64,000 nucleotides of DNA from assembly GCF_001194135.2 (NCBI RefSeq), contig NC_068985.1, positions 99,542,180-99,606,179 of the forward strand, read 5' to 3'. Below, one piece after another: positions 36,218 through 49,781 of the stretch; position 1 is the stretch's first letter, and each line of letters opens with the position of its first letter. The position numbers were made by a program, and so were the translations under genes. Origin of the DNA: Octopus bimaculoides (Eukaryota). The notes below the pieces were generated by a model, which did not search any database, was not told the DNA's origin, and was given only the letters and a program-made list of their open reading frames with translations.

Positions 36218-36352
36218 TGTATGTATGTATGTATGTTTGTGTGTGCCTGCTTGTGCATATATATAAATATACATATATATGTATATGAATATATATTTTT
36301 CGTAGATGTAAATCGCTCCGATCTAACACGACTTTTGAACTTTTCCTCTTAT

Positions 36353-36392
36353 TCCTTTCTGTTGAAGAGCGTAGTCTCGAAATGTAAATGAC
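36353..36392 (+). ncRNA. Degenerate minimal hammerhead-like motif (family 2, second copy)
   Basis: CTGTTGA A GAG CGTAGT CTC GAAAT GTA AATGAC: 3-bp stem II GAG/CTC, GUA triplet, A6 is T and C15.2 is T. Confidence 0.45.
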
Positions 36393-37120
36393 TTGTTCAG
36401 TTTCCGGGGTGTCCATATGTATATATATATATATATAATTATAGATTAGGGGTTCAGCAAAACCCTACTTCACCACATACCGAAATTTAGAAATAACAGT
36501 TAAAATACTGTTTCCCTACCAAGAAATTTCTCCCCAGGTAGCTGTACTCGTAACTCACAGGGTAAAATTAATAATAATTTTATTTCCTCACTGAGTACCT
36601 GGCAAGATTGTTATTGATTTTACCCTATATTATAATTAATATTTGAATAAATTTATTCCGTGATCGAAACTGCATTTACTGCTGTCCAGATCCTAACACA
36701 TAACACGTGGGTACAAATGGGGGATGCGAGATATTTTCGCGAGTGTGGACGGATATTGGCCATCCGATGTCGCCGGTCGGATGCATATTTTGAAATACTC
36801 AAGAAATTTACCTTATGGAGTACTTCCGCTGGTAATAGAAGTAGGTAAAATATTGTAATTTTGCTTTAAGCTTGAAATCGGAATCGGGTACGGAGTTGAC
36901 TAAACATGTGTATTCATTATTTTTTTTTTACCTACGATATAGTGTGTTATTTCTCGGAGATTTCAATGTGGTAATAAGAGCTTTAGCGTCTATTTCTAGC
37001 AGTTAGTGGTGAGGCGTAATGCAAAATCCTTGTTATAATTATGTATATAATAATATTATATATACATATGTATATATATGTGTGTGTGTGTGTGTGTATG
37101 TATAAATGTAGATATATGCA

Positions 37121-37158
<38 letters not shown>

Positions 37159-37180
37159 NNNNNNNNNNNNNNNNNNNNNN

Positions 37181-37257
<77 letters not shown>

Positions 37258-39134
37258 CATTTTATAATAGTTATCTGGTTATCTGTAGACTTTTCAAGGA
37301 TTATCTAGAAAGGGCATATTATACCACCGAAGAAAATATTGTGAACATAATTTTTCACTTGACATATATGTAGTGCCTTGTGACAATCCGCAGTAAGGAG
37401 AACCATCACAGCAAATGGTTTAGTAATAACTCTTTCGTTATTTAAATTACCCAATACTAAATTATAAAATGTGTTGTTCACACACTGGCGGTAGTATTTA
37501 CTGCTTTCAGAGTAATTTAGATTCCTTTCTTTGTCAGCCATCGACCTCGTAATACTCCCATCGTTCACTTGTGTTTCTTGCTAATTTGTTGCCTGAGCAC
37601 ATTATTGAGCTTTGTGTTATTTATATCATGCTGTTCTTACCGAAGATTGTTTTACAGTTCTTTATGTCATTATGTAATATTATATACGTCATGTGTGCTA
37701 GCAAGTATCCTTTCTGTAATTTGTTATGATATTATGTGAAGTTGCTCTTCTGTAAGAGTGATGAGCAGTAAACGATGTGTGTATATCGTTCCAGTTTTAA
37801 TAAACGAGTGAAAGGTTAATGTCTTGCTATAACCCCGTCCAATACGATGCTTTGATCATTAGATGTATCAGATCAAATTCAACAATCTTAACACATCTAT
37901 CTCAGGAAAATTCTTCCCCCGAACAAGACAGAACGAATTTAAAATCACGATTCTAAATAGAAATGAGACATGTTTTCAACAATGAAATCTCATGTAAGTA
38001 TATAAATCCACGCGTAAATCCATCAATATACGCTTTCATGAAATTTATAACTTTTATACACGCACACGCACACACATACACACACACATATACACACGAA
38101 CACACATAAAGTTAAATAATATAAAAATATTAAAGCATGATGGAACAGAATTCTAATATATGAGATGCGTATATATCGATAAAGCTATATTAGTTTCTAG
38201 AAATGATGGACTACTCATGCGGCTTCTACATTTCTTCACAGATATTATAAGATTTAGTTTGAATTAATGTATGTAAAAATGATTCGGCTACTTTTGATGC
38301 AAATATGGTATAGCAATTGCGATTTATTACACTTCGTCTCCAATATTTAGTTTGAAAACATTGTAAATCTACTGGGAATAAATATTTTATGTTGGTTTAA
38401 TGGTATAAAATTTGATGAATTGAAGGGAGTGTAGTTGATGGTAATGGGACAAAACAGAAGAGCAGGGCAGCAGGAGTCAGTTAAAGCCTAATAAATTTTA
38501 ATGTGTAAACATTCCTGAAATTCGCCGAATTCTTCTTTTTCAATCACTTGAAGGAGATATTTTCCAGTCTGAAAACAGATGGTTCACAAAGGGTCTGCGT
38601 ATCGAGACTATCCCGGATGTGGTTACGACGTTTTTGCGCATCCTCTCATTTTCGATGTTTTACTGAAAACACAACAATCGATCTGTATTTGCTATGAGAT
38701 AAATCATACGATTATTTTTATTTCTATGATGTGTATAAATGTGATTTAATCGCTAAATAGTGTAGGCTAATTTTTATTGTATTTTCTCCGTTTCTGAAAG
38801 GTGAGGTTTGATTATAAAATGGAAAATATGTCTAAATTCCGCGTCTATACTTCATTTCAATTATTAGGGTGCCAGGGAGAGGATTGTATATTAGGCGACG
38901 CATTGTCGCTATTTCAAGCTCGAGGTCATATTGGAAATCATTGCCGATGTGTTTGTCGTAGATTGTTTTTTTTTTATTATTATTATTAGGTGTTAACGTA
39001 ATTCTACGCTTTATAACGAATGTTTTCATGGTCCTTCAAGAAACATTTTACATGAGAGATTTGTCAATCCATTAAAATGTCAAAGAAAACAACTGTAGTT
39101 TAGTAGCTAGTGATATTTATCTTTTATCTCGTAC

Positions 39135-39290
39135 ATTTTTCAGTCACTGGACTGTTGTCCAGTTGGGCACCGTCTGTTGTCTTCTTGAGGCACCAAGTAC
39201 TTAGTTTTTAAGTTTGGTATTCTTTCGGTCTCTTATGTCGAGCCACTAAGTAGCAGGGCGTAAAATAAGCCGACACCGGTTGTCAAGTGG
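39135..39290 (-). mobile_element. SINE family A 3' half, diverged
   Basis: TTTCAGTCA..GACTG..GGCACCG..GTATTCTTTCGGTCTCTT..GCC.CTAAGT..GGGCGTAAA..CCGACACCGGTTGTCAAG. Confidence 0.7.
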
Positions 39291-39399
39291 TCTTCTGCTA
39301 CTAACGCAGAGCATACACATATATCAATATATTATATCTGCAGATGCATATCTAATTATCTATCTATATATCTATCTATCTATATATCTATCTATCTCA

Positions 39400-39439
<40 letters not shown>

Positions 39440-40634
39440 ATATATATANNNNNNNNNNNNNNNNATATATATATCCGATCAAGGAGTTTGATCTCCCTGA
39501 GGATATAGTAGAATCACATAACCAACGTAACGTAGAATGGAACCTACCCTGCGAACCTGTGGTTGACAAACTGATCACTTAGCCTGTGCCTGCATGGATG
39601 ATTTTTATTCTCGCACCTTCTTTCTCTTATTTTGCTTAATAATTATTGCTGTTTTGTTATACGTAACATCCAGTTCTGTAAAAGACACATGTGTGCTGAA
39701 TAAATTTTCATTCTATGTACTTGTTAAGAAATATATTATTCTGCAATATCGCATCTATTGGCACGCTCTATTTACGACAAAATGAAATTTTTTACAAGAT
39801 GTTTTCGACTTAGACAGAAATACTTATAGAAGATTAGGATTTTTCTAACATTTGCAATTAGTGTTTTATACCAACTAATTACTTCATTGAAGTAGGTCTT
39901 GGATGACTTTTAGAGAGCTGCTTTGTAGGAAATTATCAGCCGTTTTTTATAGGTAACACTGAATTGGATAATTAGCTTAACATTGGAACTTACGGACTTT
40001 TTTTTATATATGCTTAACATGTCTTTCTCAGTGAATGAACAATAGATAAGGTATGTATAACATTGCTTGTGCTAGTTAAGTGCTAAATTGAAGAGTCAAT
40101 TCATTTGATAAGGAACGTAGATTCCAGATTTAACTTGCTCGACAAATAAGCATTCTCCATACGCATTACTGAGATATATGTCTCATCCACATCAAAAGAG
40201 TGGCAAGAGAGGGCCAGAAGCTGAAAACAAGAAAAAATAGTAACAACAATAACCGCTTCTAAAACACTAACCAGAAAAACAACAGTAATAGATGACTGTC
40301 ATGCATTTCAGAAAAGGACATTATAGAAGTGTCTGCGTTTGAATGAGTAATGGATTAATCACATTTTCTCCGATTATAAATGTAAGATAATTACCATTTT
40401 TATGATAAATATATTTAAATCACTAAATTTCTTGATATAATTTTTGAATGAAAAACGAAAATTCATAACGTAATAATATGGCGTGACACTTTGGGGATTG
40501 AAATGTGGATCAGGCAGAATTAAGTACCAGACCCTCGAATAATGTTGAAAGTGAAAGTAAATTGATGTGCAGGATATTTTGTATCAGACTACAAGCTCTG
40601 TGCCAATCCAGTGTCGTCTTGACAAGAGCTACCA

Positions 40635-40686
40635 CACACACGTACGCACTCACACACGCACTCACACACACACACACACGCACGCA

Positions 40687-40775
<89 letters not shown>
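40635..40775. repeat. Long (CA)n microsatellite
   Basis: Direct inspection. Other dinucleotide arrays at 7318-7360, 9485-9525, 22516-22564, 49703-49775 (GA), 53948-53988 and 61680-61770. Confidence 0.95.
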
Positions 40776-40778
<3 letters not shown>

Positions 40779-42351
40779 TATGTAAAGTTACGTTGCAACA
40801 GATTAATTCTTTAGCGACAGAAAAATATCTTTCCCCTTATAGCAAAAGAAAGTATCATCATTGATATATTTGTATATAGGTCGCGGAATAACGCAACAAA
40901 TCTTCGTTTTATGCTAATGTAAGAGAAAAGGAAAATAAGCGACTTCTCAATAATTACTTACATAAAAAATATCTGATGCAATAAATATTCAAAGTTGTTG
41001 TTGATTTTTACCTTTCGCGTCATCTCATTCGGATCGCATAAATTTTTTATAAATGAGATTCAAATCGTCACCATCAGTTTTTTTCTGTTTCCAACTTCTA
41101 AGCCATTATAATGAAATGTATTCTTCCTTTTTTTTTTAGCATAGTGCTCTGCAGTATTTCTGGCAGAACAAGAAGACAAGCTCACATATCCCCCCGGTAG
41201 ATTGAGAATTAATGTGTCCATAGTTGATATAAACATATACACAATCAAACATACGCAGATGCATATGTACAGAGAAAGAGAGAGGTCGGGCAAGAAACTG
41301 ACACACGCACGTACACACAAATTCCTATCTATTCATGTAATATATCAAATTATCGTAAAACTTTCAGACTCTAACTAGCTCCATTTTCTGCTGAACCCAT
41401 CTTATGAGAGGAATCCACTCTGACGTATTCCAATTATCATATAGAATCCACAAAACAGTCATCAAATTTTGAGAAGTTAATTCAGGAATACGTTCTTTCA
41501 TGGATAGATGTCTGTGCATATGAAGCCACATAGATATGTGTGCATGGTTATATCTGCGTGTATATGAAGCCCAAAGATATATGTACATAAATATGTGTGC
41601 GTATATGAAGTCACAAACGTACAGATTTTTACTTGCGTGATGTATGCATATGTGTGTATAAAATATATATACATGTGAATGTCGAGCAATTAACAAGTTT
41701 TAATTTTTGTTCAGAGAATTATTCAACTTGCTCATTATACATTTCTTGGTGTCATTTCTTCTTAGTCCGGTGGTATATGAAATATTTGAGGCGAACCGAA
41801 TGTGCCCGTGCGTAAAGCTAACGGTAACGAACCCTATGTAAAGCTAACGGGACCCGTGAATATTTCACGGAATTAACGTAAAATTATTGAGATATTTCTG
41901 AAAACTTTATCCCAAAATCTGAAAGCGTACCCTGTGTTGCGTCTGTATCAAAATGTCATCGCTCATCTGCTAATCATTGAAAAGTGAAGAAAACTGGAAT
42001 AATATAATTACTTAATGTACTTTATTTATACACTTTAGCTACTTTATGCACAATTTCATAGAATAAATACACAACACACTCCGACTTTCTTTCTCTCTCA
42101 CTCTTCACCTTACCGTCTTTTTCTATTTTTTGTCCTTTCCCTTCAAATAATCACGTGAAAGCGTTACAGACGAGCTAAGTAACGGAGCAACAAGCAAAGG
42201 TATCATAAGATTAATATTAACATGAAAATAAGGTACAACATGTATCAGAATTAACTAACCAATAAATGAATTCATGTCAAATGTTATTCTAAATTTATTT
42301 GTGAATTATTCATCCATTCAGAAAAAAATATGCATACATTCCTACATAATT

Positions 42352-42562
42352 TCGGTTCAAATTTTGGTACAATACCAGTATTTTGGGGGAGAGGGAGTAA
42401 GTCGATTAAATTGACCTCAATGCTTAACTGTTACTTATTTTATTGACCCCAAGAAATGAAATGTAAAGTCGAGCCCAGCGGAATTTGAAATCAAAAACAC
42501 AACGAATAACGAAATGCTGCTTCAGATTTTTCACGGTGTGCTAACGATTATCTTGGCTCACC
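42352..42562 (-). mobile_element. SINE family B, diverged
   Basis: AAATTTTGGTACAA..GGGAGTAAGTCGATTA.ATTGACC.CA.TGCTTAACTG.TACTTATTTTATTGACCCC..AAAGTCGA.C.CAGCGGAATTTGAA..GTGCTAACGATT. Confidence 0.8.
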
Positions 42563-45500
42563 ATTCGCATCTCACACATATATTAATAAACACTTTTATA
42601 AATGAAGGTAATAAATTATATGCATTTGATGTTCTTTCTTTTGACCATTATATATTGTTCTTTTCCTTTGTTTCGTTGTGATTTTGGACATATATTTATG
42701 TCATTATATTTTTGTTTTCATTTCCTAAACGTTTTCACTCAGTGACTGCTTCACTTATTCCCGTCATATACATAATTCAGCTGAAAGTTTTTTTTTTCCA
42801 CGAATTTATTATCCTTCCTAAAATTAACTTAGTTATTACGAAGAATACGAATTTAACATGAAATATTATTCTGTTATATAGTTGCATGGAAGTTATTTTG
42901 ATCTTTTGATATTTTCTCCTTTCTTGCCACTTCGATGCCACAGATTAAAAGAAATGGATAAATGTGATTATAATTTTATTGCTTATACTTCGAAAAGATT
43001 TTCTATATATTTTGAGATTTTCTTTTAAAAGCTTGACTGTTCTTTTCCTTTACTTAACTTGCTCAAGACGCATCACTATCTTCCGTATTATTCCAACAAT
43101 AGATGCAATATTTATAACCTTTTCTGATTTGTTGCATAAGATTTTTTTCTGTAATACGCACTGTTACTTGCAATTTTTCTTGTACTTGTTGAAGATTTTC
43201 TTTCAATTTGCCCACCACTTCAGATATGTGCTTCCTAGTGACATTAATTCTTCCATGCTTACTTTTGTAATTACATGCCAAATCACCATATATTTTTCTT
43301 TTCCAACGTTTCATGGATTATTTTACTTATGGGAATAGCCGCATACATTTAGCTCATGCATACTTCACATTCAAACAAACGCATATGTCTGTGTTTGTGT
43401 AAACATTAATGTGAATGTATAGGTATATATGCATATAAACATATATGCAATTGTGTATGTTTGAGACTGTGAAAATGTTTGTATATACGAATGTAATACA
43501 AATGAGTAAGAGGAGTAAAATTTCCACCTGTAAGATCTTCTCACAAACCATCATTATATGTAATGTATTTTATTACAGAAACTAGTCAAACAACAATCAG
43601 AGAAGATGCAGAGATATATATGAAAGTACTTGAAAAGTGACGGTTGAGATTTCATATACATCAGTTACTTACCAAGTGTCAGTTCGATAAATGTATGGCA
43701 TTTCTACATCAGTGCATGTAAAAGAGGAAGTGGGCAGTATGTAACGATGCTTAAAAGGTTACTCAGTCATACTATTTGAGTATGTTGGAAATTTCCCTTT
43801 GATTTAGCGTACAGTTACACTGTATATTAGTTTGCCGGACTATTGATTCGTCGTTGCCTTCACAATAAGCGGATACAATCTCCCAACTTTCCAACTATTT
43901 CAGCGATTATATTCATGGTTTTACTTGTTATCAGATATTTCAGCTGGTATATTGTCCTACTGATCTAGAGGTGTTTTATTTATCTAATCTCCGAGTGCTG
44001 CTTTAGTAGATATATAATGCGACTTGATATGTTTACTCATGTTGCTTGAAGTTACTACTAAATATGGACTGGCATTTAGGTAATTGAATGTCATTCACCT
44101 CACTTATGTTCTCCAATAAATTAATGCATACCTTAAAGTTGATATATCATTTTCCGGTACAGAGGTGAATATCTTGTTTGCAGTCCCGTACTATTGTGAT
44201 ATTACACCGATGACATGTCTTCCGTTTCTCAATTTTTCCTTCTCTTTTTCTGTTCTGTCTGCCTCTCCTTCTGTCTTGTTGACATAGTAGCTGTGTTCAT
44301 ATAGTATACTGAACGTCGCCTCAGCGAATCGGAATAAAAATGTAATTGGAATAAAGATTGGAATAAAAATTAGAAGCTTAATATGTTCTATAAAAATATC
44401 TAATTTATGTAAGGAAGCTAAAGCCTATAGGAAAATCTTTGGATGGGTACCCGTGTAAGAATATACTTTGAAGAGAACGTTGCTATACTGATGGTAATCA
44501 GTATACATCATACTATAATACTATCTTAAGGGACATTATTACCCTATTTTAATGTGTTTGATCAGCAGAGAACCACAGGCTGAAAGGTAACTTTAAGCCA
44601 CTCCGCCCAAAGCGAAACAACTAATTTGGTTCAATGTTTTTTCATATTTCGGCTTTCGGTTTCATATCGCTTCTTAATAATACAAAAAAGACGAATGGGA
44701 CCTTATATGAAAGTCACATGTAATACATATGTGGTTATTTCATTATGTTACCTCGGGGACGAGTGTTTATGACAACATTTCACTAGAAAATTCAGATACA
44801 CACAAGCATGTTTGGTGAAATGCTTTGTTGGCATTATTTAGTAAATGATCGTCTGTCCATGTGAAAAGGTGTGAGTTGAAAAATATAAAATTGTCCACAA
44901 TGAAACAGGCAGCACAACAAAGATATAAATCGAACAAATCCAAGAAGTTACATAATTTAAGTGTTAAGCTCTCCTAATCTCAAAGTCTACATACTTTAAG
45001 TGTTAAGCTCTCCTAATCTCTTCAAGTAGGGGAAACTAACGGAAATGCTCTTACTGAAGAATATCCACGCTTTTCACGAATGAGGAACTTCTAGCTCCTT
45101 GTAAATTAAGTCAATAACGTTGTGCGTCTAGGAGATGTGCAATCACATTGTTATGCCGTATCATATATGTATTTGCTACTTTTCTTTCATGCACACCCAT
45201 ATATACACGCATGCGTATTCATATAAGTTATTCGTGCGTCTATACATATGTACATACATATAAACATTAATCTGAATATATTTCCCTGTAAAGTTATACC
45301 CTTGTACGAAAGGCTTGCGAATATATAAAATAACGTTTCAAGAAATGGCTATATCGATTTCTGTGAAGCCAAAAGTTTCCAACAGATTTATTGCAAAATT
45401 GAAACTAATTCTATTTCAGCCATACCTTTCATGTACTACGTCTGCTTTCCATAGAGTCTAACAGATTATGTTCCTACCCGTTTCAGCTTAAAATGCCATT

Positions 45501-46503
45501 TATATTATTGGTAAAGAATTAATGAGAGACTCGTAAATATATATTACGCTTCCAACATTGCTGTGCTTTCGGTAACTTTGCGAAGATTAGTAAATACACA
45601 TCTCATTTAACATACAAGCCTGTTAAGTATATGATTCATACATGTCTGTTAAGTATACGATTCATAAAGACACTTATGGCATGAAAATATATTTCGTCAT
45701 TCATTTCTTAATATAAGCTCATATTAGATATCTCCATTTATAGCTAAAGCATTAACAAACTTTGAACGATTAGTAATTGAAATTACTGAAATGAAGTATA
45801 TGTAATTTATGTTCTTTGCTAAGGTCTTTACATTGGGCGTATTATATAAATCTGTTGATTATTACTGTAACCATATGGAACGCCCATACATAGAAGAGTA
45901 AACGGTAACTTGTTTAAATTAACTGTAAATATGATCCAGTATCAACAAAGAAATAGACTGGACGGCTAACGAAACATGGTTTAAACGTAGATTGGATACA
46001 AGATGGCTTCTGGCATTGCTGTTCACATATGGATCTTGGAACGTTCCTGTGTAAATGAAAAGTAATCATGCAAGCAGATAGGGATATTGAAAGTAGAATT
46101 TCTTTCACTTCCTCATTTGTCTATTTGTAACGTCGTTAATCAACATGTTGAATATGAGTGAACTCGGATAACCGCTAAGCAAGGAATTTTTACATTTAGA
46201 CAAACTAAGAATAAATGTTGATGTGAAACAATTTAGAAGAAAGTTACAGTACATATCGATATATAACAAAAGAATTTATACAAAGTCTCTGTTAGAAAAT
46301 AAGCCATAGCAACGTTACCAGGGGAAAATTAGTCAATAGTACCATAATCTAATGATTAATAGAGAAGTCATTATTACACGAAACACATGCACATACATAG
46401 AGTTCAATAACCTTGTTACAGAACAATCAGCACAACCGAAAGCAAATTTTAAAAAAGTATAATCATAATTACGTTGGATTAACACATACAGTTTAGCTAT
46501 CTA

Positions 46504-46546
<43 letters not shown>

Positions 46547-46799
46547 CCTAGATAGAAAATATTTCTCTCGAGTTATCGCCATCTACCTTTAAAAAATACA
46601 TACAGACAAAATGAGAGATAAGAACCGCATTATCAAGCCTTTACAATCATATGATCTGACGATATCGGATTTTACGCCCGAAACAACCAAATAAGGAAAT
46701 ATACTGGATATACTTATAGTGAATAATATGTGACAAAACATTATGAGCGGGGAGAGAATATGAAGACTGCCTGATAAAAAATACGGAACATTTAATGCA

Positions 46800-47010
46800 G
46801 TGAGCTGGCAGAATCTTTAGTATACCAGACGGAATGTTTACCGGAATTTCGTCCGTCTTCACGTTCTGAGTTCAAATTCTGCCAACATACATTTTGGTTT
46901 TCAGCTATTGAGGTCGAGAAAATTAGTACTTTTTGAGGACTGGAGTTAATATTATCGACTTGCCCTTCACCCGAAATTGCTGGTCTCGTGCCAAAATTTG
47001 GAATCAATAA
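46800..47010 (+). mobile_element. SINE family B
   Basis: GTGAGCTGGCAGAATC.TTAG..ATTTCGTCCGTCTT.ACGTTCTGAGTTCAAATTCTGCC..CCCGAAATTGCTGG.CTCGTGCCAAAATTTG. Confidence 0.85.
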
Positions 47011-47084
47011 AGTCACCCGATATTTATATTTGCCATCAGAGAGCTACATATGCTAAATTATCAATAAGCTTAATAAGCATCCTT

Positions 47085-47230
47085 AGACACGCTAAATTTC
47101 TCCAGGACACCTGAAGGAGGCTGGAGAGTATATCAGCCGAAACGTTCTGTTAATAACAAACAAGATGAAGACAAATATCCTTCAAATGTAAATAATGTAC
47201 ATAATTCTCATCTCTAAAATATGGAATTGT
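47085..47230 (+). mobile_element. Solo PLE terminal-repeat fragment (family 1)
   Basis: AAATTTCTCCAGGACACC..CAGCCGAAACGTT..AACAAACAAGATGAAGACAAATATCC.TCAAATGTAAATAATGTACATAATT..CATCTCTAAAATAT matches the reverse complement of 2885-3000. Confidence 0.85.
47106..47151 (+). ncRNA. Minimal type-I hammerhead ribozyme-like motif (family 1)
   Basis: GACAC CTGAAGG A GGCTGG AGAGTATA TCAGCC GAAAC GTT CTGTT. CUGA and GAAAC are retained, stem II is perfect, A9 is G. Confidence 0.65.
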
Positions 47231-47811
47231 ATTAACAAAATATATTTATACGAGGAAGTGTATTGCAGGGCTATACATAAAAGCAAAGCTAAGTGTGTAG
47301 TGGGCCAGAGTTTTATAGCTCCGTGACGCAGAGATACGGCATTCCCTTCAGAATATGAAGAACAGATGGAATAATATAGATAGATAAATAACTTGCTAGG
47401 TGGGCAGACGTATGTATGCATGAGTGTGAACGTATGTGTGTGTGTTGTGTGCTATTACATAAGATATGTTTGGAAGTAAGAGAACGGATTATTTCAAAAG
47501 AATATAAAAATCATTTATATTCTTCACACAAAATGATTATCTAACCACTATGACAAATAATATTTTTATGAGACTAGAGTGACAGGTTTTCAATGGTATT
47601 AGTCTTATAGAATACAGAGTACAGTGTAGAGTCAATCTATTTTGATAAAAACTTATATTCGTAAACTAAACAAAAGTGACAGTACACCGGAAGTGCATAG
47701 TTTTAAGTTCAATAACTAGCATTGCGTCGGTCAGCAGTAAAATGAGAGAAATTTATAATCTGCATTTAAGAGCAATTTAACTCTCTCAGTATAACCATAT
47801 TTAGTTCTAGC

Positions 47812-48062
47812 ACGCTGGCAGAATCATTAGTACGTCATGCAAAATGCTTAGCGTCATTTCGTCCGCCTTTACGTTCTGGGTTCAAATCCTGCTGTGGTCG
47901 ACGTTGCCTTTCATCCTTTCGCGGTCGATGAAATAAGTACCAGTTGATTACTCGGGGCGATGTAATAAACTTTCTCTCTCTTTCTCTCTCTCTCTCTCTC
48001 CCCTCTCTCTCTGTCACTCTCTCCTGAAATTACTGACCTTGTACCAAAATATGAAATCAATA
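47812..48062 (+). mobile_element. SINE family B with internal (CT)n expansion
   Basis: GCTGGCAGAATC.TTAG..AAATGCTTAGCG..ATTTCGTCCG.CTTTACGTTCTGGGTTCAAATCC..GCCTTTCATCCTTTCG.GGTCGAT.AAATAAGTACCAGTTG. Confidence 0.85.
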
Positions 48063-48796
48063 TATTCATATTCAAAGGAGGGTAAAACGCACACTTTTCC
48101 TATCGGGTCGCAAGTATTATGTACAAAACTTTGCAACACAGTATCATTACACTTCATCTTTATTCACACTTAAGCAATCCCCGTTAAAACTGACTTATGT
48201 ACTTAAGAGATATTCTCGGTAAACGAGATGTTTATATTCTAATCTTCACAGAGTTAATGAAAGCATAACTTATTTTTGAGGGAAGAAAATATCGAGTATA
48301 CAAATATATTTTACGGGTTTCTTATTAATTCTTTATCAATAACATAAATGACATTTTAAGCTGAAATGAGGATGAACATAATCTGTTATATTCTATGGAA
48401 AGCAGATGGACTACGTGAAAGGTATTTCTGTTACAGAATTTGTTTTACTTTTTGTAATAAATCTATATAGCTGGCGTATGAAACGTTACTTTTGATATAC
48501 CAGTTCCTTTATATGAGATAATATTTATACGGGAATATATCCAGGATATATTTATCTCTTTGCCTTTCTTTTAAGAATCTAATTTTGTTAATTCCGTATA
48601 AACATTTACATCTCAGAAAGACGAGGGCACCGGCACTTTCTCGGTCACATCATCATTACGCACTGTTATAAAAAAATAACTCAGCCACAAGGACGAAGAA
48701 TATATAAAGCAACATACACAGAACTTTATCAAAACAGTATCCTGACATTTTCATTACCGACACTTTTTACACGAGGAGATCATATTTAACATTCAA

Positions 48797-48952
48797 AGTA
48801 GCTACGTCGTAAGAAGCTTGTTTCACGATCACATGGTTCCGGCTTCGGTCTCACTGGGTGGCACATTCGGCAAGTATCTTCTATTATACGCTCGGACCGA
48901 AAAAAGGCTTGAGAGTGGATTTGGTAGACGAGAACTTAAAGAAGTCCGTCGA

Positions 48953-48995
<43 letters not shown>

Positions 48996-49039
48996 NNNNN
49001 NNNNNNNNNNNNNNNNNNNNNNNNNNNNNNNNNNNNNNN

Positions 49040-49073
<34 letters not shown>

Positions 49074-49270
49074 AGTGTGTTTGTGTCAGTGCTTATTCCC
49101 TACCACCGCTTGACAGCTGGTGTTGGTTATATACGTCCCTGTTAGAGTTTCTGCCAAGTATTCCGATAGAATATTATTAGGTTTAATGTAAAATTCCTGG
49201 GGTCGATTTCTTCGACTAAAACCCTTCACGGAGGCGCTGCAGCATGGCACAGACAAATGACTGAAACAAT
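48797..49270 (+). mobile_element. SINE family A, full length, internal microsatellite spans an N gap
   Basis: Head GTAAGAAGCTTG..CACATGGTTCCGG.TTC.GTC.CACTG..GTGGATTTGGTAGACG, (TA)n-N-(TG)n, 3' end CCTGGGGTCGATTT.TTCGACTAAAACCCTT..CAGCATGGC..AAATGACTGAAAC. Confidence 0.9.
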
Positions 49271-49717
49271 TGCCACCGATACGATTAATTTAGAATGTCA
49301 TCGGCTATAGGAATAGAAACTGGAGATGTCTCCATATAGCTATATTCCTTTGTTACCTTCTGTAATATTATTACTGCACGTCAGGTGAGCAGTACGATAC
49401 TATGATGGAAGATATGAGGGATGTTTTTCTACGTCATAATTTCTACCTCGCACCCTATGACCATGAGGTAGAAAAAAGTAGAAAAGGGAGGATAAATCTA
49501 TGTCAGAGGACATCTAGATCTTGTTGATATGAAACTACACGATGACAACAACAAGACCACCAATCCTGGCGTGGAAGCCAAATATTTAGCAGTCCAGTGG
49601 AAGAGTTACATTACTCATCTGCTCAGTAGAAGCCAAAATACCTGAAAGGCGTGTGTGTGTATACCGTTGTTGATTGTTGGACGTGCTATGATGATGATGA
49701 TGAGAGAGAGAGAGAGG

Positions 49718-49781
<64 letters not shown>

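Noticed and set aside
41790-42200. Possible Helitron/DINE-like non-autonomous element (GCCCGTGCGTAAAGCTAACGG, duplicated GTAAAGCTAACGG)
   Set aside because: No second copy or diagnostic termini visible in the window.
44956-45020. 26-bp direct repeat TTTAAGTGTTAAGCTCTCCTAATCTC separated by 13 bp; similar small duplications at 45612-45665 and 41510-41610
   Set aside because: Best explained as ordinary local tandem duplications.
49440-49640. Possible RTE-like C-terminal remnant (..RKGR.., YLAVQWKSYITHLL)
   Set aside because: Similarity too weak to support without a profile search.
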